Position numbers and translations under genes: made by a program. This document shows, piece after piece, positions 27,322-36,892 of a DNA stretch of 64,000 nt (position 1 is its first letter; the number at the start of each line of letters is the position of its first letter). Below the pieces are notes generated by a model. That model was given only the letters and a program-made list of their open reading frames with translations, was not told where the DNA came from and did not search any database. Source of the DNA: Pyrinomonadaceae bacterium (GTDB taxonomy: Bacteria; Acidobacteriota; Blastocatellia; Pyrinomonadales; Pyrinomonadaceae); assembly GCA_046313635.1 (NCBI GenBank), contig JBKBYA010000001.1:160001-224000 (forward strand), given 5' to 3'.

Positions 27322-27540
27322 CTATCTGATCGCTTTGATGAACTTTTCGATCGGAATTTCCGCATCCCGCAGGGCTCCCTTCAGCGTAAAACGATCGACC
27401 TCGTCGTGAAACGGGAAGACGATGATCCGCCCGTCCGCATGCCGCATCTTCACATGACTGCCTTTGCGAGCGACTTCATCAAAACCAAGCCGTTCGAGTG
27501 CTCACTCAACCTGCTTGCCCGACAGCAGCGGCAGCTTCAT
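27322..27540 (-). pseudogene. hicA: HicA-family toxin with an in-frame TGA at codon 13
   Basis: MKLPLLSGKQVE*ALERLGFDEVARKGSHVKMRHADGRIIVFPFHDEVDRFTLKGALRDAEI. The GSH motif is intact; ATGA overlap with hicB. Missed by the ORF track. Confidence 0.85.
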
Positions 27541-27740
27541 ACAGCAAGCTCGACCAACTCGCGGCCGGCGCCCGGAACAAAATCCGTCGAGTCCGGCTCG
27601 AGATACAGATCGATCGCCTCGCGGATATTCTCGATTGCTTCTTCGCGCGTTTTGCCTTGGGACCAACAGCCCTTGAGCGCCGGCACGCGGGCCACGAAGT
27701 AGCCGTCCTCGCCAGATTCGACAATGACCTTGATCTTCAT
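27537..27740 (-). CDS. hicB: HicB-family antitoxin (UPF0150)
   Basis: EDGYFVARVPALKGCWSQGKTREEAIENIREAIDLYLE. Confidence 0.9.
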   Translation of the reverse strand: MKIKVIVESGEDGYFVARVPALKGCWSQGKTREEAIENIREAIDLYLEPDSTDFVPGAGRELVELAV

Positions 27741-27761
27741 GGTGCCGAGTTTATCAAAGGA

Positions 27762-29309
27762 TCACTTTGAGCGCCGCGGTGCGAGCTCGTAGAACCAGAA
27801 ATCGTTATTCGGCTGGTCGATCTTCATCTCGTCGGTCTTACCGTTCTTATCGAGGGTAAAGGTCACGAAGCCGCGCGGGAAGTTGTACGAGACGCTCGGC
27901 CGCCATTTGATGACAAAGGTGTCGTAGTGCCAATGCTCGAGGTCGGCGACGAAGTTGGGTGCCGGCAAGAATCTCATCACGAGCCTGCCGTTCTCTTCCG
28001 CGACGGTGATATCGCCGTACATCCTGTCCGAATACGTGCCTGTGTAGCCCGAGAGCGAGAGCGACGGCTTTGTGCCGGCGACGCGTGCGGCGTCCTGCTT
28101 TTTGATCTCGTCCTCGGCCGCCGTCTTGATGCGTTTTTGCTGCTCGACCGCCTCGGCGAGGTAGTCGCGCGCCGGCGCGCCCACGAGCACGTCGCGGATC
28201 TTGTTCATCATCACGGCGAAGTCCGGATATTCGCTGTTGGTCAGCACGACAAAGCCGGCGTTCTCCTCCGGAATGAGAACGGTGTACGAGAGCATCCCGT
28301 CGAGGCCGCCGCTGTGGTTGATGATCTTGCGGCCGTGATAGTCGTAAACGAACCAGCCCATCGCGACTCCGCTAAAGTGGCGCGTCGGATTGCCCTTCCA
28401 TGCGTTCTCCGAGATCTGCTGCGCGAGATACGGCTGGTGCATCGCCCACGCCTGCTGCTCGCTGAAGATCTGCTTGCCCTCGAATTTACCCTTCGCGAGC
28501 TGCGTGCGGACCCATTTCGAGAGATCGGCGACCGACGAGTTGAGCGCGACCGCGCCGTAGCCGCCGTTGACGTTGCCGTGCGGCAGAGGCCGGAGCTTGC
28601 CGCCCGATTCGTTGTGCGGGATCGCCGCATTTTGACCGAGATCGCCGAATCCGCACGTCGTCGAACTCATCCTGAGCGGGTCGAGTATCCGCTCGCGGAC
28701 GACCGTACACCAAGGCTTGCCGGTAACGCGCTCGATGATCTTGCCGGCAGCGATGTACATCAGATTCTGGTATCCGTACCGCGTGCGAAAGCTCGAGACA
28801 GGCTTGAGATATCGCACTCGCTTGAGAATGTCGTCGCTGGTGTATGTCGTCTCGTACCAGAGCAGGTCGCCGCTGAAGGTGTCGAGCCCGACGCGGTGCG
28901 TGACGAGATCGCGGATCGTGAGCTCGCTCGTCACCCACGGGTCGTACATCTCAAAGTCGGGCAGATATTTTGACACCTTATCGTCCCAGGCGATCTTCTT
29001 TTCGTCGACGAGCGTCGCGAGCAGGCCGGTCGTAAATGCCTTGGAATTTGAGGCGATGGCAAAGATCGTGTTCTCGTCGATAGGCGCCGGCTTGCCGATC
29101 TCGCGCAGGCCGTAGCCTTTTTGAAAGACGACACGATCGTCCTTGACGACCGCGATCGCCATTCCCGGTCCCGGCCACTGCGCGGCGACCTTTTGGGCGT
29201 ACGCGTCGATCTCCTTGAGCCTGTCGTCGAGCGCGGCGGCAGGCTGCTGGGCGTTGACAACTAGCTGAAAAACAACGACGAGGGCAAAAAAACTGAAGGC
29301 TTTCTTCAT
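27762..29309 (-). CDS. Serine hydrolase (beta-lactamase family) with C-terminal DUF3471-like domain
   Basis: Signal peptide; FAIASNSKAFT (SxxK), YQN, HSGG. Confidence 0.88.
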   Translation of the reverse strand: MKKAFSFFALVVVFQLVVNAQQPAAALDDRLKEIDAYAQKVAAQWPGPGMAIAVVKDDRVVFQKGYGLREIGKPAPIDENTIFAIASNSKAFTTGLLATLVDEKKIAWDDKVSKYLPDFEMYDPWVTSELTIRDLVTHRVGLDTFSGDLLWYETTYTSDDILKRVRYLKPVSSFRTRYGYQNLMYIAAGKIIERVTGKPWCTVVRERILDPLRMSSTTCGFGDLGQNAAIPHNESGGKLRPLPHGNVNGGYGAVALNSSVADLSKWVRTQLAKGKFEGKQIFSEQQAWAMHQPYLAQQISENAWKGNPTRHFSGVAMGWFVYDYHGRKIINHSGGLDGMLSYTVLIPEENAGFVVLTNSEYPDFAVMMNKIRDVLVGAPARDYLAEAVEQQKRIKTAAEDEIKKQDAARVAGTKPSLSLSGYTGTYSDRMYGDITVAEENGRLVMRFLPAPNFVADLEHWHYDTFVIKWRPSVSYNFPRGFVTFTLDKNGKTDEMKIDQPNNDFWFYELAPRRSK

Positions 29310-29484
29310 GGCTTTGAATTTTACGCAAAAACCGTTTTGAATGTTTGATCCGGCACCCGGCGCTTGGCTGAACGCGGCCGATCGTGATCGATGCCCCGCC
29401 GGCGCGTTCGGCTCGCCCGGGGCGGCCGCGCGCGTCTTCGACTGTCTTTCAAAACAACCACGGTTTCGATATTCTTGCGCTCGC

Positions 29485-31275
29485 ATGCTTGATCCTATCG
29501 CGCTGACTTTGCTGCTCCTGCTGCTGGCGATTATCCTCTTCGGCACGGAGCGGATACCGGTCGATATCGTCGGCATCCTGCTCGTGATCGCGCTCGTCGC
29601 GACGCAGGTGCTCAAGATCGACGAGGCCGTGGCCGGCTTTGGCAACGACGTGATCATCACGATCGGAGGCCTCTTTATCCTCGTCGGCGGGCTCGTCAAG
29701 ACGGGTACGGTCGATCTCATCGGCCGGCGTCTGCACGCGATCGCGGGCGACAGCGAATTTGTCCTGACGATGCTCATCATGCTCGCCGCGGCTCTGTCGG
29801 CGTGCGTTCTAAAAAATACGACGACCACCGCGATGTTCCTGCCGGTGGTGATCGGTCTTGCGGCAAAGGCCCGCGTCGCGCCGTCAAAGCTGCTGATGCC
29901 GCTCGCCTTTGGCGCGATACTCGGCGGCAGCTGCACGCTGATCGGCACGTCGACCAATCTCGCCGTCAGCGGAGCGATCCAGCGCTACGGCCAATCGCCT
30001 TTTTCGATGTTTGAACTGACGAGCGTCGGCGTCATCACCTTTCTCTCAGGACTGATCTACATGCTGCTCGTAGGCCGCAAGATGCTGCCGCGGCGCGGAG
30101 GCGAAGACTCGCTGACCGAACAGTACCATATTCGAGATTACATCTCGGAGCTGTTAGTGCTGCCCGACTCGCCGCTCGAGGGCAAGACGCTGGGCGAGAC
30201 AAATATCGGTACCGAGCTTGAGCTGACCGTGCTCGGCATCATCCGCGACGAGCAGCGCATCATCGCGCCCAGCTCATCCGAGTACATTCGCCGCCGCGAC
30301 CGTCTGATCGTCGAGGGCAAGATCACCGACATCCTGCGCGTCAAAGAGGCGGTCGGTCTCGAGATCAAGCCCGACTTTATGCTCAGCGATCGCGAGCTCG
30401 AGAGCGAAAAGGTCGAGCTGTTTGAGGTGATGGTGATGCGGTATTCGCGTTTGGTCGGCCAGACGCTCAAGAGCATCCGCTTCCGGCAGACCTACGGCCT
30501 TACGGTCCTCGCCGTCAACCGCCACGGCGAGACGCTGCTTAACAAGCTGAGCAGCGTGGTGCTGCGGTTTGGCGACGTGCTGCTCGTGCAGGGGACGCGC
30601 GACAAGATCGACCCGCTCGTCGCCGACGGCGAGCTGCTGCTGCTCGAGGACGTCTCGGCATCGACGGCCCGCATCGAAAAGCGGCGATGGGCGCTCGCGG
30701 CGTTTGGTTTGTTTCTCACGCTGTCGCTGCTCAAGGTCTTTGGCGGGCCCGACATTCCGCTCGCGATCTGCGTCCTGGCGGGCGTGCTTTTGCTGCTCGC
30801 GACCCGAACGGTCCGTTACTCGGAGATGTACGACCTGATCGACTTCAGGCTGCTGGTGCTGATCGCATGCATGATGAGCTTTGGCGTCGCGATGGAAAAG
30901 ACCGGCACCGACGAGTATCTCGCCGGCCTGATAACGCACTACTTCAGAGACTACGGGCCCGAGGCGGTGCTTGCGGGCTTCTTTCTCCTCACGGTCGGCC
31001 TCACGCAGCCGATGTCGAATCAGGCCGCCGCGCTCGTCGTGCTGCCGGTCGCGGTCAAGACGGCCGTGAGTCTCGGCCTCAACCCGCGCACCTTTATCGT
31101 CGCGGTGACGTACGCGGCGTCGTTCTCCTTCATCACGCCGCTCGAGCCGGCGTGCGTGCTGGTTTACACGCCGGGACGTTATCGCTTTATGGATTTTGTG
31201 AAGGTCGGGACGATCCTGACGGTGATCGTCTTTGTCGTGTCGATCACGCTCGTGCCGATATTCTGGCCGTTTTGA
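29485..31275 (+). CDS. SLC13/DASS family permease with two TrkA-C domains
   Basis: PSKLLMPLAF...GGSCTLIGTSTNL, two central soluble repeats, MSNQAAA, GRYRFMDFVKVG. Confidence 0.9.
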   Translation: MLDPIALTLLLLLLAIILFGTERIPVDIVGILLVIALVATQVLKIDEAVAGFGNDVIITIGGLFILVGGLVKTGTVDLIGRRLHAIAGDSEFVLTMLIMLAAALSACVLKNTTTTAMFLPVVIGLAAKARVAPSKLLMPLAFGAILGGSCTLIGTSTNLAVSGAIQRYGQSPFSMFELTSVGVITFLSGLIYMLLVGRKMLPRRGGEDSLTEQYHIRDYISELLVLPDSPLEGKTLGETNIGTELELTVLGIIRDEQRIIAPSSSEYIRRRDRLIVEGKITDILRVKEAVGLEIKPDFMLSDRELESEKVELFEVMVMRYSRLVGQTLKSIRFRQTYGLTVLAVNRHGETLLNKLSSVVLRFGDVLLVQGTRDKIDPLVADGELLLLEDVSASTARIEKRRWALAAFGLFLTLSLLKVFGGPDIPLAICVLAGVLLLLATRTVRYSEMYDLIDFRLLVLIACMMSFGVAMEKTGTDEYLAGLITHYFRDYGPEAVLAGFFLLTVGLTQPMSNQAAALVVLPVAVKTAVSLGLNPRTFIVAVTYAASFSFITPLEPACVLVYTPGRYRFMDFVKVGTILTVIVFVVSITLVPIFWPF

Positions 31276-31291
31276 CGGCGCCGCCGGATGA

Positions 31292-32386
31292 TCAGCTATG
31301 CGGCGCTCGGCTGTGCTCAAAGCGCTGCTCGAGCATCTGCCTGAGCGAGAGGCCGCGCGAGAGTATCAGGAGCAGCCCGACCGCGGTCCAAAAGAGTATC
31401 CGTCCCTTGCGAATGATCGCCAGCGAGACCCCTACACCGGCGCCGATCGCGAGCGTATCGGCGACGAATCTCGCCCCGGCCTCGTCCACGCCGACCAGAA
31501 AAGGCACGAGCTTAAAGACGATCGTGATCAGACGGCTGACAGACTCGAGCAGAAACGCCGAGACGAGCGTCGGCGCCGTTTCGAGCAGCCGGCCGAGAAT
31601 GAAGTAGACCTCGGCGACCCCGGCAAGGTGATACGCGGCCTCGAGCATGCAGATCGGCAAAAAGCGGCGCGGGTACTGCCGGTAAAACCCGTAGATGAAG
31701 TTCTCAAACAGCCTGACGTGCATCCGGCCGTGCTCGAGATGACGCGTGAGATAGCCCCGCTGGTAGATCTTTTCGCACAGCTCGCTTGCAAAGTGCCACT
31801 GCCGCACGATCATCACGACGATGAACGCCATCACAGCAAAGATCACGACGATCAGCGCGTCGATCGTGACGACCCAGCCCTCTTCGAGATCGAAGCTGCG
31901 GACAAAGGTATACGACCCGATGATCAAAAACAGACTCGTGACGATGCTGTAAAAGAGATTTTCGGTCGCGACCGACGAGAGGCCGACGACGAGCGGCAGC
32001 TTGCGGCGGACGGCGACGGCCTTTGACGTTCCGCTGATCAATATACCGAGCGGGATCAGGCTGCTCAGCGACTCGCCGATAATGACGGCCTGCACCGCGT
32101 CTCTGAGCGACAGACGGTACGGCTCGTAGACCGAGAGCTTCCACGCGAGTGCCCTCGCCGTCATTCTCAGAAAGTAAAGACCGAGGATCACGCCAAAGCC
32201 AAAAAAGCCAAATCGCGAGACGAACGTGAGCAGGTCGTCAAGCCCGACCGAGTGAATAAAATAGCCAAAAAGTACGAGCCCGCCGACCGTCAAGATCGTG
32301 GCCAGGACCTTCAGTCTCGTGGTTTGCTTGGCGGTGAGGCGGGGTGTCTCGAGGCCTGGTTTTTCTGCGTCCTGCTCGGTACTCAC
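31292..32386 (-). CDS. Lysylphosphatidylglycerol synthase TM-like (flippase-like) membrane protein
   Basis: Multi-TM; RALAW; VPFLVGVDEAG; IIRKGRILFW. Confidence 0.7.
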   Translation of the reverse strand: MSTEQDAEKPGLETPRLTAKQTTRLKVLATILTVGGLVLFGYFIHSVGLDDLLTFVSRFGFFGFGVILGLYFLRMTARALAWKLSVYEPYRLSLRDAVQAVIIGESLSSLIPLGILISGTSKAVAVRRKLPLVVGLSSVATENLFYSIVTSLFLIIGSYTFVRSFDLEEGWVVTIDALIVVIFAVMAFIVVMIVRQWHFASELCEKIYQRGYLTRHLEHGRMHVRLFENFIYGFYRQYPRRFLPICMLEAAYHLAGVAEVYFILGRLLETAPTLVSAFLLESVSRLITIVFKLVPFLVGVDEAGARFVADTLAIGAGVGVSLAIIRKGRILFWTAVGLLLILSRGLSLRQMLEQRFEHSRAPHS

Positions 32387-32466
32387 TACTTTGCCTTTGC
32401 TCTTTCGGCTGAACTAAAATGGTAGTTCATCAAATACCCGTTAACAAAACTCTTTAGGAAAACACT

Positions 32467-33645
32467 ATGAGCACAGCAGCCGGAATGGCACCATTGACAA
32501 GCGGCCTTACCGCTCTCTCCGAAGAAGAGGAATTATTCAGAAGCTCGGTCCGCGAGTTTGCGGAGGGCGAGGTTCGCCCGCGCGTCGAGGCGATGGAGCA
32601 CGCCGCAAAGCTCGACCCCGAGATCATCAAACAATGCTTTGAGCTCGGCCTGATGGCGATCGAGTCGCCCGAGGAGTACGGCGGTGCCGGCTCGACCATT
32701 TTCAACGCCATTCTCGCGATCGAGGAGCTCGCACGCGTCGACGCGAGCGTCTCGGTCTTTGTCGACGTTCACAACACGCTCGTCACAAACGCGTTTATGC
32801 GCTGGGCGAGCGACGAGCAAAAGAAAAAATATCTGCCGCAGATGGCCGAGTCGCGCGTCGGTGCATACGCGCTGAGCGAGGCCGGCTCGGGCTCGGACGC
32901 TTTTGCATTGAAAACGCGTGCGATCGACAAGGGCGACCACTACGAGCTCAACGGGCAAAAGCTCTGGATCACCAACGGCAACGAGGCCGAGATCTTTATC
33001 GTCTTTGCGACTGTCGACCCCGAAGCCGGTTACAAGGGCATCACGGCATTTATCGTCGAAAAAGGTTTCGAAGGCTTTTCGGTCGGCAAAAAAGAGGACA
33101 AGCTCGGCATCCGCGCCTCGTCGACGACCGAGCTGATCCTCGACAACTGCAAGGTGCCGAAAGAGAACGTCCTCGGCGAGGTCGGCAAAGGCTACAAGGT
33201 CTCGATCGAGACGCTCAACGAAGGCCGTATCGGCATCGGCGCACAGATGCTCGGCATCGCGCAGGGCGCGTACGAGGCGGCGCTAAACTACACGGCCGAG
33301 CGCGAGCAGTTTGGCAAGCCGATCAATTCGTTCCAGGCGATCCAGTTTCAGCTCGCAGAGATGGCCGTCGAGATCGAGGCGACGCGGTTGCTCGTTTACA
33401 ACGCCGCGCGTCTGAAAGATGCCGGCAAGCCCTTTGTCAAAGAGGCCGCGATCGCCAAGCTCTACTCGTCACGCTGCGCCGAGCGCGTCGCGTCGAAGGC
33501 GATCGAGCTCTACGGCGGCTACGGCTACGTCAAGGATTACCCGGTCGAAAAGTTCTGGCGAGACTCCAAGATCGGCGCGATCTACGAGGGCACATCGAAT
33601 ATGCAGCTCCAGACGATCGCCAAGATCATCACGAGCGGCAAGTAG
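32467..33645 (+). CDS. Acyl-CoA dehydrogenase (short/branched chain)
   Basis: ALSEAGSGSD, KLWITNG, KLGIRASST, REQFGKPI, GGYGY, IYEGTSNMQ. Confidence 0.93.
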   Translation: MSTAAGMAPLTSGLTALSEEEELFRSSVREFAEGEVRPRVEAMEHAAKLDPEIIKQCFELGLMAIESPEEYGGAGSTIFNAILAIEELARVDASVSVFVDVHNTLVTNAFMRWASDEQKKKYLPQMAESRVGAYALSEAGSGSDAFALKTRAIDKGDHYELNGQKLWITNGNEAEIFIVFATVDPEAGYKGITAFIVEKGFEGFSVGKKEDKLGIRASSTTELILDNCKVPKENVLGEVGKGYKVSIETLNEGRIGIGAQMLGIAQGAYEAALNYTAEREQFGKPINSFQAIQFQLAEMAVEIEATRLLVYNAARLKDAGKPFVKEAAIAKLYSSRCAERVASKAIELYGGYGYVKDYPVEKFWRDSKIGAIYEGTSNMQLQTIAKIITSGK

Positions 33646-33659
33646 CTCGGCCATGAGAT

Positions 33660-33722
33660 CCAAACAAGATGGACAGGATAAACAGGATGCAAGTATTCTC
33701 CTGATCCTGTCTATCCTGTTTT
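33660..33722. repeat. Inverted repeat element, CAGGAT/ATCCTG family
   Basis: gatggacaggataaacaggat ... cctgatcctgtctatcctgt. Confidence 0.7.
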
Positions 33723-33822
33723 GTAGTTTGGGCTGTATTTGCGACGTCGCATCCGGGCACGGGCCGCGGAGGCAGCGCCGCCGCAGCCCAACATTTCGGC
33801 GGTTATTGAACAGATTCTGCAG

Positions 33823-34347
33823 ATGACTTCCATCACCATCCGCCAGGCCGTGATCGGCGACGCAAAGGTCCTTACCGATCTCGCGTACAAGACATTCTGG
33901 GACGCCTTTGCGCATCATCCAAAAAACGCTCCCGACGACCTCGCTCACTATATGCGGCAGGCCTTTAACGTCGAGCAGACGACGGCCGAGCTTGCCGAAG
34001 CGAACAACGTCTTTCTCATCGCGGAGATCGACGGCTCGCCGGCCGGTTACGCAAAGCTGACCTTTGATCACATCGAGCCCGGCATCACGGCCGAGCGGCC
34101 GGTCGAGCTCGCCCGCCTCTATTCGCACCAGGAATATCTCGGCCACGGCGTCGGCCAGACGCTGATGGACGAGTGCTTCGCGCGTGCACGCGCGGCGGGC
34201 TGCGACGTGATGTGGTTAGGCGTCTGGGAGTACAACCCGCGAGCTCAGCGGTTCTACGAAAAGAACGGATTCCGCGTCGTCGGCAGCCACGTCTTTCAAC
34301 TCGGCTCCGACGCGCAGACAGATCTGCTGATGCAGACGGAGCTTTAG
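33823..34347 (+). CDS. GNAT N-acetyltransferase (PaiA-like)
   Basis: GHGVGQTLM, WLGVWEYNPRAQRFYEKNGF, FQLGSDAQTD. Confidence 0.88.
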   Translation: MTSITIRQAVIGDAKVLTDLAYKTFWDAFAHHPKNAPDDLAHYMRQAFNVEQTTAELAEANNVFLIAEIDGSPAGYAKLTFDHIEPGITAERPVELARLYSHQEYLGHGVGQTLMDECFARARAAGCDVMWLGVWEYNPRAQRFYEKNGFRVVGSHVFQLGSDAQTDLLMQTEL

Positions 34348-34356
34348 CCCGACAAC

Positions 34357-34484
34357 GGAACGCGGATGCCCCGTCCGCAATGAGCGTCGCCTCGACGCGA
34401 AGTGGGGCCGCGGGACGGTCGGGCTTATTTACCCGAGCTTATGTTCGTGCTTCGCACTCAATGCGGACGGGGCGTCCGCGTTCC
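34357..34484. repeat. REP doublet (REPIN-like), GGAACGCGGACG..CGTCCGC family
   Basis: Two inverted palindromic arms; near-identical arms at 59997-60130. Confidence 0.85.
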
Positions 34485-34521
34485 ATTGCCTGCGGCCCGC
34501 GGATAGGCTATTGTTTCATCT

Positions 34522-35553
34522 GTGCGATACGTCAAGAATCCGCCGAATCCGTTCGAGAAGTACTCGGCCGAATTCATCGGCGAGCCGCCGCCGACCAAGC
34601 TCGAGGTCTTTGAGGAGACGGCGACCAAAAAGGTCATCACCAAGGCCTACGCGTCCGACTGGGAGGGCGGCTGGCGCTTCACCGTCAACTGCTATCGCGG
34701 CTGCATCCACGGCTGCACGTATTGCTTTGCTCGGCGGTATCACGAGTTTTTGGGTTACGGTGCGGGGACGGATTTCGAGACCAAGATCGTCGTCAAGCCA
34801 AACGCTCCGCAGATCCTCAGACAAGAACTCAAGAAGACGCGCGACCGGATGCCGCATCTGGATTTTTCGTTCGCGACCGACCCATACCTTCCGCTTGAGG
34901 CGAGCTACGAGCTGACACGCAAGTGTCTCGAGGTCTGCGTCGAGTTTCGCGTTCCGGTCGCCGTGATCACAAAGAGCCCGCTCGTCACGCGCGACATCGA
35001 CGTGCTGCAGCGTCTGCCGAAGGTATCGGTCTTTTTTTCGCTGCCGTTTTTGACCAAAGAGAAGTCGAATCCTTTTGAGCCGTACACGCCGGTGCCCGAG
35101 GCTCGATTCCGCGCGATGCGGACGCTTTCGGACGCCGGCATCGCGACCGGCATCGCCGTCGCGCCGGTGATCCCCGGCTACAACGAATCCGACATTCCCG
35201 GCCTGCTCGAGCGAGCAAAAGAGTGCGGAGCGACGCGCGCCTTTATATCGATGCTGCACATCGACTCGGACTCGATCGAGGCGTTCTTTGTCGAGAAGAT
35301 GCACGAGCGTCTGCCCGCCACGCGCGTCACCAAAATTCTCAACACCATCAAGCGCGAACGCGGCGGCCGTGTCCAGCATGGCTCCTTCAGGGAGCGCGAC
35401 CGCGGCCGCACCGAGCAGTGGGAAGTGACGAAAAAGCTCTTCGAATTTCACGCCCGGCGGCTCGGCTTTAACCGGACCGAAAAGGTCGTGGTCGTCGACG
35501 ATCAGCCGTCCATCACCGCGCCGCCCGAGCCGGTCCAGCCGACATTGTTTTAG
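34522..35553 (+). CDS. Radical SAM protein, PA0069/Rv2578c (SplB-like) family
   Basis: NCYRGCIHGCTYCFAR, TDPYLPLE, ITKS.LVTRDID. Confidence 0.88.
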   Translation: MRYVKNPPNPFEKYSAEFIGEPPPTKLEVFEETATKKVITKAYASDWEGGWRFTVNCYRGCIHGCTYCFARRYHEFLGYGAGTDFETKIVVKPNAPQILRQELKKTRDRMPHLDFSFATDPYLPLEASYELTRKCLEVCVEFRVPVAVITKSPLVTRDIDVLQRLPKVSVFFSLPFLTKEKSNPFEPYTPVPEARFRAMRTLSDAGIATGIAVAPVIPGYNESDIPGLLERAKECGATRAFISMLHIDSDSIEAFFVEKMHERLPATRVTKILNTIKRERGGRVQHGSFRERDRGRTEQWEVTKKLFEFHARRLGFNRTEKVVVVDDQPSITAPPEPVQPTLF

Positions 35554-35562
35554 CGATTGTTT

Positions 35563-35642
35563 TGCCGCGGATCTCGCGGATGGCGCGGATAGGATCTTTG
35601 ATTTTCTTGATCAGATCCGCGGCATCGGCGCGATCCGCGGCA
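35563..35642. repeat. Inverted repeat element, CGCGGAT/ATCCGCG family
   Basis: tgccgcggatctcgcggatggcgcggat...atccgcggcatcggcgcgatccgcggca. Confidence 0.8.
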
Positions 35643-35700
35643 AAGATCTGCTAGCCGGAGAGCGCTTTTCTAATCGTGTCTATCCTGTTTGAATAAACCT

Positions 35701-36024
35701 ATGCAAAATCGCATCGAAGTTTTTGAGCAGATGCTCGCTGCCGATCCCGACAACACGATGGTGATGTTCGGCCTCGCAAAGGAGTACGAGAAGGCGGGCG
35801 AGTACGAAAAGGTCATCTCCATTCTCGAGACATACCTCGCCAAGGCCGACGACGAGGGCAACGCGTACGGAACTCTCGCGCAGGCGTATGCCCGCACCGG
35901 CCGGCGCGAAAAGGCCGTCGAGACATACCGCAAAGGCATCGAGATCTCGATGGCCCACGGCCACCCGTCGATGGCGAACGACTACAAGATGACCCTCGAT
36001 CTCGATTACGGCGAAGGATCTTAA
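35701..36024 (+). CDS. Small TPR protein
   Basis: DPDN...FGLAKEY, AYGTLAQAY...AVETYRKGI. Confidence 0.8.
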   Translation: MQNRIEVFEQMLAADPDNTMVMFGLAKEYEKAGEYEKVISILETYLAKADDEGNAYGTLAQAYARTGRREKAVETYRKGIEISMAHGHPSMANDYKMTLDLDYGEGS

Positions 36025-36061
36025 AAAAACTCCCGGCCGAGTTCCGAGTCGAGATCAGTTA

Positions 36062-36125
36062 CCGCGAAAGGCGCGAAATACGCTGAAGAGGTCGACTCTT
36101 TTTGCGTATTTCGCGCCTTTCGCGG
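36062..36125. repeat. Inverted repeat / terminator-like element (CGCGAAA family)
   Basis: ccgcgaaaggcgcgaaatacgc...gcgtatttcgcgcctttcgcgg. Confidence 0.75.
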
Positions 36126-36153
36126 GCAAGCTTTTCGTTTCAGAAGTTTTTGC

Positions 36154-36810
36154 TCATTTCGCCGCGCACGGCGCAACGGCCGCCTTTTTGATCCTCACCG
36201 GCTTGTCAGGCTTCTCCGCGGTAACGCTCGCTTTGTTGATCGCGTCGACGATCTCCATTCCTTTCGTGACGCGGCCGAAGGCGGCGAATTTGCCGTCGAG
36301 CGACGGCGCGTCCGAGACAAGTATGAAGAAGTGCGTCGTCGCCGTATTCGGCTCGTCCCCGCGTGCCATCGAGATGACGCCGCGCTCGTGAAGGATCTTG
36401 TTCGGCTCGTCGGGCACGGCCTTTCGCGCACGCATCCCGATCTCGGCCGTTACCTTGCCCTCGCGGCTGTAAAGGTCGCCGCCCTGAATGACAAAGCTTG
36501 GCACGACGCGGCTGAAGGTAGTGGTGTCGAGCAGTCCCGTCGCCGCGAGATTGAGAAAATTCCGTACCGACTCGGGCGCCTGTTCGGGGTACATCTCAAG
36601 CACGATCGCGCCGGCCTCGGTCTCGAGCGTGACGCACTGGGCAGCCATCTTTGCGGCGTCGGCGCCGTCAAAGGGCTCCTTCTTTGCCGCCGGTGTTGGC
36701 GTCGGACGAGCGTTGATCTTGGCGGGCTCTTTTGCCGTCTGCTGCGCGGCGGCCGTCAGCGCGGCAAAGCAAGCAACGAGGATCGCGAACGGGGTAACGA
36801 GTCTTCGCAT
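36154..36810 (-). CDS. Secreted cyclophilin-type peptidyl-prolyl isomerase
   Basis: APESVRNFLNL, FSRVVPSFVIQGGD, GVISMAR, HFFI, LDGKFAAFGRV. Confidence 0.9.
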   Translation of the reverse strand: MRRLVTPFAILVACFAALTAAAQQTAKEPAKINARPTPTPAAKKEPFDGADAAKMAAQCVTLETEAGAIVLEMYPEQAPESVRNFLNLAATGLLDTTTFSRVVPSFVIQGGDLYSREGKVTAEIGMRARKAVPDEPNKILHERGVISMARGDEPNTATTHFFILVSDAPSLDGKFAAFGRVTKGMEIVDAINKASVTAEKPDKPVRIKKAAVAPCAAK

Positions 36811-36892
36811 AGCAGACCAATTTTCAGTTATCGATATTGGCGTGTAAAGTTGTACCGAAAACCTCATCCCTTCAGCAGCCGGAGTGATGCCG

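Noticed and set aside
27502..27504. hicA TGA as a third selenocysteine codon
   Set aside because: Not a Cys or catalytic position in HicA and no convincing hairpin downstream; a nonsense mutation is more likely.
27292..27702. 136-aa plus-strand ORF
   Set aside because: It is the antisense of hicB-hicA.
29310..29484. N-terminal extensions of the 731-aa and 644-aa ORFs
   Set aside because: The divergent genes have better starts at 29309 and 29485 (signal/TM segments and -10 boxes); the extensions overlap each other.
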